The notes beneath the pieces were generated by a model, which was not told the DNA's origin, made no database searches, and saw only the letters and a program-made list of their open reading frames with translations. The position numbers were made by a program, and so were the translations under genes. Below, piece by piece: positions 56,469 through 64,000 of a DNA stretch of 64,000 nucleotides (the stretch's first letter is position 1; each line of letters opens with the position of its first letter). The stretch is from Bdellovibrionales bacterium (GTDB lineage Bacteria > Bdellovibrionota > Bdellovibrionia > Bdellovibrionales > JAGQZY01). The stretch is taken from NCBI GenBank assembly GCA_965218815.1, contig CBDCLX010000002.1, positions 2,918,176 to 2,982,175 on the forward strand. The letters run 5' to 3'.

Positions 56469-56976
56469 TGGTCTTTAGTATACTTACGCTTGTTACCTTA
56501 TTTTGCTGGTCGTTATTTAAAATTTTTTTACCAATCCTGAACTCAGGGCTTTGAGCGGGACCCTTATTGCTTTGGGACTTGTGGGTTGGGTAAGGCTTGC
56601 CAGACTGGTTCGCGGTCAGGTCTTACAGGTTAAAAATATGACTTATATAGAGGCGGGATGGGCCCTTGGTTTTAATCATTTTCAGCTTTTATGGAACCAT
56701 GTTTTCCCCAATATCCTTGGTCCCATTATTGTAATGCTCACTTTCAGGATTCCTGCCAATATTTTGTTTGAATCTTTTTTAAGTTTTATCGGGCTTGGTT
56801 TGCAACCCCCTTACAGTTCCTGGGGGGTGTTGGCTTCAGACGGGGCGGATATGCTGGAGAGCTTTCCCCATTTGATTTTGTTTCCGGGTCTGGCTTTGTT
56901 TTTAACCATGATGGCTTTTCAGCTTCTGGGTGACGGACTCAGGGACGCTTTTGACCCGAAAATGGAAAATTTGTAA
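56469..56976 (+). pseudogene. 5'-truncated, frameshifted oligopeptide/dipeptide ABC permease (OppC/DppC-like)
   Basis: 56551-56976 encodes only the C-terminal ~140 aa (ARLVRGQVL...GLGLQPPYSSWG...LLGDGLRDAFDP). A short upstream piece (ATG 56469, ...FLPILNSGL) is in another frame. The N-terminal two thirds are absent. Confidence 0.75.
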
Positions 56977-57005
56977 ATTTCCTGGTTGTTGAGCCAGTGA
57001 TTCCA

Positions 57006-57890
57006 TTAGCCCATTGGACCGCTTGGGCGACCACCACCACGACGAGGGAAAGGCATGACGTTATCACCACTATCATTTGGAGTGGAATGAGGTCCCCGCA
57101 GTTCCGTTCTAAGCTTTTCAACTTCAACGGGATCAAATCCCTCCGCAGGGGACGGGGAGGGATACAAAAAATTAGAAGATGGGAACCTGAAGGGAGGTTC
57201 CTCCGCAGGTGACGGGGGGGGATTCAAAAGAGGGTTTGATCTTTGGTCATCCAGGCGGAAAAAAATGCTATCAGTATCCCATTCATTGTTTCTTATAACA
57301 AACATCCAATCTTCAGCAAATTCTTCGCTCATTCTTGCAGCACTAAAAAGGGTTGTTGTAAACTCTGTGGGGATGTTTGTTAAATAATAGGTATCTAACA
57401 TGGAATCAGTGTATTCCAATAACTTGGCTTGACTGATACCCATATCCTTTGTTTGTCTCCACCATTTAAGAAGAAAATCCGGATTGTCATGAAGAAAAAG
57501 GATGTAAACATGAACATTATCAATGGAATCAAACATGACAGCCCTGAAATCAGCATCATCCCACCATTTTCCAAATATCAAATCGATGTATTCTTCTTCA
57601 ACAACATCAGTAGTTCTTGCGAGCACAAAAGCTTCTTTAAACTTTTCAAAAACCTCTCTTTTAGTCGCACTTTCAGGAAGGTCCCAATTAAGCCATTCCA
57701 AGGCTTCTGAGAATTCATCATAGGTCTCCTTTGACGATTGGGATAAAATTCCGTCGAGAGGATTTTTTACAGATCCACTTTCGGATTTGAGAAATTCACG
57801 GGCTTTTTTCCCAATTTTTGGAATCAGAGATATTCCAAAACAGTTAAAAGAAAACAACAAACACAAAATACTTGTTAGAAAAGGTTTCAT
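57006..57890 (-). CDS. Secreted hypothetical protein with Pro-rich repeated C-terminus
   Basis: Signal-like MKPFLTSILCLLFSFNCFG. The C-terminal repeats PPPSPAEEPPFRFPSS / PSPSPAEGFDP are encoded by a ~66-bp-spaced DNA repeat (57130-57230). Confidence 0.55.
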   Translation of the reverse strand: MKPFLTSILCLLFSFNCFGISLIPKIGKKAREFLKSESGSVKNPLDGILSQSSKETYDEFSEALEWLNWDLPESATKREVFEKFKEAFVLARTTDVVEEEYIDLIFGKWWDDADFRAVMFDSIDNVHVYILFLHDNPDFLLKWWRQTKDMGISQAKLLEYTDSMLDTYYLTNIPTEFTTTLFSAARMSEEFAEDWMFVIRNNEWDTDSIFFRLDDQRSNPLLNPPPSPAEEPPFRFPSSNFLYPSPSPAEGFDPVEVEKLRTELRGPHSTPNDSGDNVMPFPRRGGGRPSGPMG

Positions 57891-58285
57891 TTTTCCTCGC
57901 AGTTCAGTTGAAACTTTAGCCTCTTCTACATAAAATCACTCATGATATCCTCAAGGAACTCTCTAAATGATTTATTTTCCCTGGCAATATTGAGAAGCTG
58001 TCCAACTTCAGTATTTGTTTGAAAAACATTTTAAGGTTTATCATTATAATCATTGCTCCTTTTGAGATTTTTGAAAAAGATCAGGTTGATTTTATAATCA
58101 ACTTTATTTTGTTTGTCAAACTGATCCCATTTATGTGTAAACTTTACAAATTGAACTTGTTTGAGGCCCTCTTTCTTTAATTCGTTCCTTATGGAAAGGG
58201 GGTTTTAACAACTATTTTTGCTGATAGCCTGGTTACTTCCGGCTTTTGTGTTGCAATATTGATGTTTTTATGAAGAAATTCACTT

Positions 58286-58627
58286 ATGGAAAAAAATAAA
58301 GAAAAAAGTGATGAAATTGTAAAAAGCACCTGGAGACAGGCTCTTTGTCTTTGGGTTGGGTTAAGTCTCGCACTGACCCTGTTTTTTGTCCAAAGTCAGA
58401 TGTTTTTTGTAAGAGCCAAGCCTTTGCCCCATTCCAGGCTTGAGTGGTTCTTTTCAGGTCTTGGTTTTATTACTTTTTTATTTGGACTGTTTTTTTTTAA
58501 ATATTTTACAAAAATCAGAATAAAAAAACTTCTTATGATGACATTTGAGGAACGTAAACAAAGCCTTCTTTATGAGCTATTCTGTTTTTGGAGAGTTGAA
58601 TCCGGCCCATCTCAATGTGACCAATAG
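58286..58627 (+). CDS. Small membrane protein (hypothetical)
   Basis: Two hydrophobic helices. No family recognised. Confidence 0.4.
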   Translation: MEKNKEKSDEIVKSTWRQALCLWVGLSLALTLFFVQSQMFFVRAKPLPHSRLEWFFSGLGFITFLFGLFFFKYFTKIRIKKLLMMTFEERKQSLLYELFCFWRVESGPSQCDQ

Positions 58628-58632
58628 CCCCC

Positions 58633-59022
58633 TTATGATAACCACAAATAAAACTGGCTTTGTGTTGGCTGAGATTTTTTAGAATCCGTAAAACTCTTAA
58701 CACCCGTGCTTCTTTGGTGATAATTTTTTGAGAAATCGGTAATCTTTCTGGTTATCAACGGCCTTTTTTGTTTTGTGACAAAATCTTTTTTGATTTGTTC
58801 ACTTTTGCCTTCACGACATAATAAAAAGTCCTCGTGGGTAAACCCATAAGTCCTGACAGCTTGTTCAATCCGGCTCTTGTTTAAAAGAGTTCTTCCGTTT
58901 TCAAACTTCTCAACACTTTTGTGACCCATACCCAAAAGAACGGCGGCCTCTTTGCGACTGAGTCCTCGAATTTCACGCAACTTCCTTAAAGTGACTGCAT
59001 CAATTTTTCCTTCGTTTTTCAT
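58633..59022 (-). CDS. XRE-family HTH protein
   Basis: LRKLREIRGLSRKEAAVLLGMGHKSVEKFENG HTH motif. The ATG at 59022 is preceded by AGGAGG. The longer ORF (to 59139) is probably not used. Confidence 0.65.
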   Translation of the reverse strand: MKNEGKIDAVTLRKLREIRGLSRKEAAVLLGMGHKSVEKFENGRTLLNKSRIEQAVRTYGFTHEDFLLCREGKSEQIKKDFVTKQKRPLITRKITDFSKNYHQRSTGVKSFTDSKKSQPTQSQFYLWLS

Positions 59023-59353
59023 ACTTTTTCCTCCTGGGGTTTTAATGTTGACCCCGGTTGAGCCAAGCAACCTGCTTGTTGACAAAGTAGCCATTTTTGC
59101 AAGTGGGGTACTGCAAATTTTTGTTAAAAAATTCAACAAGATGACTTGGAAGGAGTGCTACGATACGAGCAAAAAATTGACTTGCTACTCAGGTAGCCAA
59201 AGAGGAAGCCGAGATATTTTCAAAAAATTTCGTGAAAACCTGGGAAACTTTTAAAGAGAAGCCGGATGGCTAAATGATTGAAACCCTTGGTTTTTAAATT
59301 TCAATAACTTGGTCTGGATTTCCCTGAAAACAATTCTGACGACTAGAGTAAAA

Positions 59354-59428
59354 TGGTGCTGATGGAGAGAATCGAACTCTCGACCTCACCCTTACCAAGG
59401 GTGTGCTCTACCACTGAGCCACATCAGC
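59354..59428 (-). tRNA. tRNA-Thr: tRNA-Thr (anticodon GGT)
   Basis: Hand-folded 75-nt cloverleaf on the minus strand. Acceptor GCTGATG/CATCAGC, anticodon stem CACCC/GGGTG, loop TTGGTAA, T-loop TTCGATT, encoded CCA. Confidence 0.9.
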
Positions 59429-59437
59429 GGAAAATTC

Positions 59438-59525
59438 TGGTGCACCAGAGAGGACTTGAACCTCCACGGGGAAAATCCCCACCAGGCCCTCAACCTGGCT
59501 CGTCTACCAATTCCGACACTGATGC
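59438..59525 (-). tRNA. tRNA-Leu: tRNA-Leu (anticodon GAG), long variable arm
   Basis: 88 nt. Acceptor GCATCAG/CTGGTGC (one G-U pair), anticodon stem CCAGG/CCTGG with loop TTGAGGG, variable arm GGGGATTTTCCCC, T-loop TTCAAGT, encoded CCA. Confidence 0.87.
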
Positions 59526-59657
59526 AGAAACCCAATTCTTTTTTTAACGGCTTTTAAACTCAAAAGTCAATTTTAATCCAGATAAAATCCATGACAATTC
59601 GGAAGGAGTCAACATATACTGATCGTATTTGAATGTTCACGGAGTTTATTTTCACTC

Positions 59658-60524
59658 ATGTCTTCAGCAACTGTAAAAACTCATGCCTCCTCTGCCACAA
59701 TTTTAAATGGGATTGGCATGAGACAACGGGGAACGACTGAAGCCTGTGGGAAACGCAGGTTAACAGATGACTTCCCCATTGACTGTTCTCCGGCTCTGGT
59801 GAAAAAACACAGGGAAACCGTGGTCTTCGTTCATCATATGGGAGGGTCCCGCAAAAGTCCATGGAGGCATTCCAGTTATCTCAACAAAATGGGTTTTGAT
59901 TGTGTTTCCTTTGACCTGATTTTTGCTTCCAAAGAAGCCATCGGATTTCATCCTTTGTTAAGGTATCTTCCTTTGGGAATTTTTCATGTTTGGTCCAAAC
60001 AGATTCAAAGGGTCTTTGATAAAATTGCAGGGGATAAAATTTTATATTCTTTTTCAGCCCCCAGTCTGTCTGCTCTGCTGGCCTGTGAAAACCGTAAAGA
60101 CATTAAAAAAGTCATCTGTGATGGTGGTCCTTTTTACGATGTTTACAAAAATTCAAAAAATTTTTTTACCTTCCAGGGAATTAAACAAAAACAACTCAAT
60201 GCCATGGTTTCTTTCTTTGGAATGTTTGCTTTTGGATACCAACCCCTGTTTCGATTGTCCGGGGTTTTGAATCGTTGGAAAAGACCTCCTGTTTTGTCTA
60301 TTCAGAACCGCAATGATACCATTGTTTTTATTGACAGCATAAGAAAGGTTTTTGCCCCCCACAAACATCTTGATCTGACAGTCCTGGAAATTCCAACGGA
60401 TGGACATCTCAATGGTTTAAGGGATTTCCCTGAACTCTATTGTAATACTCTTCTGGATTTTATACAGACGGAAACCTTCTTTGAAGATGATTTTCCTCTC
60501 ATCATAAATGATGGAGGCCAGTGA
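59658..60524 (+). CDS. Putative alpha/beta-hydrolase-like protein
   Basis: VVFVHHMGGS early motif and general size. The nucleophile motif is not canonical (FSAPS). Weak call. Confidence 0.5.
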   Translation: MSSATVKTHASSATILNGIGMRQRGTTEACGKRRLTDDFPIDCSPALVKKHRETVVFVHHMGGSRKSPWRHSSYLNKMGFDCVSFDLIFASKEAIGFHPLLRYLPLGIFHVWSKQIQRVFDKIAGDKILYSFSAPSLSALLACENRKDIKKVICDGGPFYDVYKNSKNFFTFQGIKQKQLNAMVSFFGMFAFGYQPLFRLSGVLNRWKRPPVLSIQNRNDTIVFIDSIRKVFAPHKHLDLTVLEIPTDGHLNGLRDFPELYCNTLLDFIQTETFFEDDFPLIINDGGQ

Positions 60525-60533
60525 TACAAAAAT

Positions 60534-61505
60534 TCAGGCATTTCGTCGTTTGCCAAGGGCATGGTTTTGAACATTTTCTATTTCCTCCTCAATTTCCATG
60601 AAAGTTACACGGTTACGCCCTCCTTCCTTTGATTGGTAAAGTCCATGGTCGGCATGACGAACCAGAGAACGACCATCCATGAGAGATTTTCCATCCAGGA
60701 TAATGGCACATCCCATGCTGGCTGTGAGTCTGATCTCATCTTCATGACTTTTAAAAAGATGGGACTCTATAATTGTTCTCAGCCGTTCACAGAACTCTCC
60801 AGCTCCATGGCTTGTCATCTGAGTAAGACAGATCAGAAATTCATCTCCCCCATAACGGGCGGCAAAATCATGATTGCGGATATTTTGTTTAATCAGGGAA
60901 CCCATTTCCGTGAGGACATGACTGCCAAAGAGATGATCGTGGTCGTCATTGACACTTTTAAAGTTATCCATATCAAGCATAATGGCCACCAGGCCCTGTC
61001 CGTGACGACAGGCTCTTTCAATCTCCTGATCCAGCTTTTCGTAGATGGATCGCATATTGTAAAGCCCTGTGAGGTCATCAATTTCCACCAGACCCTGCAA
61101 CTTTTTATTGGCCGCTCTCAGTTCATCCTGTAAGGCCTTCACCCGAAGCTGGGCCCGAACACGAGCCAGAAATTCAAGACCTGAAAAAGGTTTGACAATA
61201 TAATCCAGGGCTCCGGCATCCAGGCCCTCCACAACATCAGGGGTTTTGTTGTTGGCTGTGACAAACACAACAGCTGCCGTGTTCTCTTTTCTTTTTAAAA
61301 GATCAATAGTCTTCAGGCCATCCATTCCCGGCATATTCATATCCAGCAATACAAGATCCGGTCGATACCTGTCCAGAGCATCCAGGCCCTTTTGGCCTGA
61401 ATGGGTTGTTTTTACCTCATAGCCCTCCTCATCCAACAATCTCTGGATAAACCTGAGATTATCAATATCATCATCCACCAGTAGAATTCTTGGAACTTTA
61501 TCCAT
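60534..61505 (-). CDS. Response regulator receiver plus GGDEF diguanylate cyclase
   Basis: ILLVDDD...DLVLLDMNMPGMDG receiver domain. RYGGDEFLI active site (about 60841-60860). Confidence 0.92.
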   Translation of the reverse strand: MDKVPRILLVDDDIDNLRFIQRLLDEEGYEVKTTHSGQKGLDALDRYRPDLVLLDMNMPGMDGLKTIDLLKRKENTAAVVFVTANNKTPDVVEGLDAGALDYIVKPFSGLEFLARVRAQLRVKALQDELRAANKKLQGLVEIDDLTGLYNMRSIYEKLDQEIERACRHGQGLVAIMLDMDNFKSVNDDHDHLFGSHVLTEMGSLIKQNIRNHDFAARYGGDEFLICLTQMTSHGAGEFCERLRTIIESHLFKSHEDEIRLTASMGCAIILDGKSLMDGRSLVRHADHGLYQSKEGGRNRVTFMEIEEEIENVQNHALGKRRNA

Positions 61506-61700
61506 TCACTCATGTTAATATCAGAGTGAAACTTTATCAGTAAAAACCAAAACTTTGATGACTTGAGTCCAGGTCCTGGTATTGTAAAACATAAAATTTA
61601 TAGTAACTGCTTGTGTTACTGCCACCATTCTGGATGAGATTGGCATGAGACAATGGGAAAACAACATAATCATATTATGATGACATAATGAGGGTGGTCC

Positions 61701-64000
61701 ATGTCATACAGGCATCAACTGATTGATTCAAAATGGCAGAAGGCCTGGGAAGAGGAAAAGGCTTTTGTAGCTGAAGATTTTTCTGAAAAACCCGGGTTTT
61801 ATGCCCTTGATATGTTCCCCTATCCATCAGGTTCGGGTCTCCATGTGGGGCATATTGCCTCCTACACTCCCACAGATGTGCTGGCCCGTTACAAACGACA
61901 AAAGGGCTTCAATGTCCTTCACCCCATAGGCTATGATGCTTTTGGTCTGCCTGCCGAACAATACGCCATCCAGACAGGTGTTCATCCTAAAATCACAACC
62001 CAAAAAGCTATTGAAAATTTCCGCAGACAATTGAGAGGTTTTGGGTTCAGTTTTGACTGGACCCGGGAAATATCCACCTGTGATTCGGATTTTTACAAAT
62101 GGACCCAGTTTATTTTTTTGCAACTTTTTAAAAAGGATCTGGCCTATCAGAAAGAGGCCCCGGTGAACTGGTGCCCCGCCTTAAAAACCATTCTAGCCAA
62201 TGAAGAGGTGATTGACGGGAAGAGTGAACGGGGTGGGCATCCTGTGATTCGCAAGCCCATGAAACAGTGGATGCTTAAGATCACCAGCTATGCGGACAGA
62301 CTTTTATCAGATATTGATAAACTGGATTGGCCGGAACAAACCAAAGAGGGACAGAAAAACTGGATTGGCCGCTCCACGGGAACACGGATCTTTTTTTCAT
62401 TAAAAGACCATCATGAAAAACTTGAAGTTTTCACCACCCGTCCCGACACTCTCTTTGGTGTCACTTTTATGGTGCTCTCTCCTGAGCACCCTCTGGTGGA
62501 AGAGATAACAAGTTGTGAACAAAAACAGAAGGTGAATGAATACAAAAAACAGACAGTCATGAAATCAGAACTGGACCGGAAGGCAAATGCCGGAAAGACA
62601 GGTGTTTTCACAGGGGCCATGGCCATTCACACTTTTACGGGGGAAGCCATTCCCATCTGGATTGCTGACTATGTCCTGATGGATTATGGAACCGGAGCCA
62701 TTATGGCCGTTCCCGGTCACGACGAAAGGGATTTTGATTTTGCCAAAAAATTTGATCTTCCCGTTGTTCGAGTTCTTGAAAGCAAAGAGGATTTGCCTTT
62801 TGTGGGTGAAGGTCAACTTTGCAATTCACAAATTCTGAATGGACTGAACAAACAGGAAGCCATCAGAAAAATGTCACAAACTCTTGAAGAAAAAGGAATG
62901 GGTCAAAAAGTCATCCAGTACAAACTCCGTGACTGGCTTTTCAGCAGGCAACGCTATTGGGGTGAACCTTTTCCCCTCATTCACCTGAAAGACGAAGACA
63001 AACCCCGGGCTGTGGACTTCTCTGAACTTCCCGTGGTTTTACCTGAGGTGGCTGACTATGAACCCAACCAGGAGGGTCATCCTCCTTTGGCCAGGAACAG
63101 ACAATGGATGGAGTACAAAACAGAAACCTGTTCCGGTGAAAGGGAAACAGACACCATGCCAGGTTCTGCCGGTTCGTCCTGGTATTTTTTACGGTACCTG
63201 GACCCCAAAAATAAAGACCATTTTTGTGATCTGAAAAAACAAAAATACTGGATGCCGGTGGATCTCTATGTGGGAGGACCGGAACACACTGTGGGTCATC
63301 TGTTGTACTCCCGTTTCTGGCAAAAAGTGCTTTTTGATCTGGGACTGGCCTCCACAGATGAACCCTTTAAAAAACTGGCCCACCAGGGAATGCTCCTGGG
63401 ACCGGACGGAGAGAAAATGTCAAAATCCCGGGGCAATGTGGTCAACCCGGATGAGATCAAAGAGGAATACGGAGCCGATACCCTTCGTTGTTTTATTTTG
63501 TTTTTAGGTCCCATGGACCGGGACAAACCCTGGAATCCCAGTGGGATTAACGGGGTCAAAAAATTTTTGGAACGAGTCTGGCGACTCTGTATAGGTCCTG
63601 ATAATAATTTTTTGGGGAATCATTCAAAAGTTTCTGAAAATCTCAACAAATTGATACACAAAACAACAAAAAAAGTGGGGGAAGATATAGAAAATCTTCA
63701 TTTCAACACGGCCATCAGTGCCCTGATGGTTCTTGTCAATGAAATGTATAAAGAAGAATGTCATAATAGGGAATGTCTTAAAAAAATCATTTTATTACTG
63801 GCCCCTTTTGCCCCCCATCTTTGTGAAGAAATCTGGAGTCTCATGGGGGAAAAAGCTTTTGTCTCCCTTTCTCCATGGCCTGATTATGACGAAAGTCTTA
63901 TTAAGGAGAAAATTCTGAATGTGGCCGTTCAGGTCAATGGCAAAAAACGGGGACTTATTGAAATCACCAAAGACACTTCAAAAGAACAGGCCATGGCTCT
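61701..64000 (+). CDS. leuS: Leucyl-tRNA synthetase (3'-partial; runs off the window)
   Basis: ATG 61701. FPYPSGSGLHVGH (HIGH motif) and KMSKSRGN (about 63413-63436). The open frame reaches the window end. It is absent from the ORF track because no stop codon is present. Confidence 0.95.
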   Translation, partial: MSYRHQLIDSKWQKAWEEEKAFVAEDFSEKPGFYALDMFPYPSGSGLHVGHIASYTPTDVLARYKRQKGFNVLHPIGYDAFGLPAEQYAIQTGVHPKITTQKAIENFRRQLRGFGFSFDWTREISTCDSDFYKWTQFIFLQLFKKDLAYQKEAPVNWCPALKTILANEEVIDGKSERGGHPVIRKPMKQWMLKITSYADRLLSDIDKLDWPEQTKEGQKNWIGRSTGTRIFFSLKDHHEKLEVFTTRPDTLFGVTFMVLSPEHPLVEEITSCEQKQKVNEYKKQTVMKSELDRKANAGKTGVFTGAMAIHTFTGEAIPIWIADYVLMDYGTGAIMAVPGHDERDFDFAKKFDLPVVRVLESKEDLPFVGEGQLCNSQILNGLNKQEAIRKMSQTLEEKGMGQKVIQYKLRDWLFSRQRYWGEPFPLIHLKDEDKPRAVDFSELPVVLPEVADYEPNQEGHPPLARNRQWMEYKTETCSGERETDTMPGSAGSSWYFLRYLDPKNKDHFCDLKKQKYWMPVDLYVGGPEHTVGHLLYSRFWQKVLFDLGLASTDEPFKKLAHQGMLLGPDGEKMSKSRGNVVNPDEIKEEYGADTLRCFILFLGPMDRDKPWNPSGINGVKKFLERVWRLCIGPDNNFLGNHSKVSENLNKLIHKTTKKVGEDIENLHFNTAISALMVLVNEMYKEECHNRECLKKIILLLAPFAPHLCEEIWSLMGEKAFVSLSPWPDYDESLIKEKILNVAVQVNGKKRGLIEITKDTSKEQAMA

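Noticed and set aside
57891-58285. Possible decayed small gene on the minus strand (…NVFQTNTEVGQLLNIARENKSFREFLEDIMSDFM*)
   Set aside because: It is interrupted by an in-frame stop, it is below reporting length, and no family is recognised. It may be a toxin-antitoxin remnant, but the evidence is too thin.
56977-59353. Search for an integrase or recombinase next to the tRNA-Thr/tRNA-Leu pair
   Set aside because: The ORFs in this interval are a secreted repeat protein, a small membrane protein and an XRE regulator. No tyrosine or serine recombinase motifs were seen anywhere in the window.
1-64000. CRISPR arrays, rRNA genes, retron or group II intron reverse transcriptases
   Set aside because: No regularly spaced short direct repeats were seen. 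No rRNA-like sequence and no RT-motif (YxDD) ORFs were noticed in any frame.

Overview
This is a 64-kb bacterial chromosomal window, moderately AT-rich. EF-Tu and the ribosomal proteins look Bdellovibrionota- or deltaproteobacteria-like, but that is a by-eye inference with low confidence. Both flanks are housekeeping. The left flank (1-15.5 kb) carries tuf, tRNA-Trp, secE, nusG, a TPR lipoprotein, rpsF, rplI, ung, an M14 peptidase, dapD, a QueD-like gene and pepA. The right flank (about 56.5-64 kb) carries a truncated oppC-like permease, tRNA-Thr, tRNA-Leu, a receiver-GGDEF regulator and partial leuS. Between them lies a roughly 40-kb accessory mosaic with no recognisable integrase. It is built around a dispersed type I R-M system: half-size hsdS plus hsdM at 17.5-19.6 kb, a doubly frameshifted full-length hsdS at 26.5-27.7 kb, and hsdR plus a DUF45/M48 peptidase at 52.3-56.4 kb. 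The cargo and mobile DNA are listed here.
- RhuM plus a duplicated 3' remnant.
- An XRE/ImmA-like pair clipped by an ISL3 element with an 8-bp target duplication.
- A membrane protein followed by a SIR2-STAND (AVAST type 5-like) protein.
- A HEPN/MNT pair and three Fic genes.
- Two copies of a lytic-transglycosylase plus secreted Cys-containing protein pair.
- A 5'-truncated Rhs/YD protein with a short non-enzymatic-looking C-terminal tip, followed by a polytopic membrane-ankyrin protein.
- One intact IS91-family element plus four end remnants, and an IS630 fragment.
- A PIN/AbrB toxin-antitoxin pair and a DUF3782 nuclease-like gene with a tandem 5' duplication.
- galE, and an AvcD-like dCTP deaminase abutted to a small basic ORF.
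- A membrane-FHA protein with an orphan FHA paralog at the left island edge.

The best candidates for something new are these four:
- the membrane protein plus SIR2-STAND block inside the R-M locus;
- the deaminase plus coupled 69-aa ORF;
- the Rhs tip plus membrane-ankyrin module;
- the duplicated signal-less SLT plus secreted partner pairs.

All family calls come from motif recognition by eye. No searches were run.
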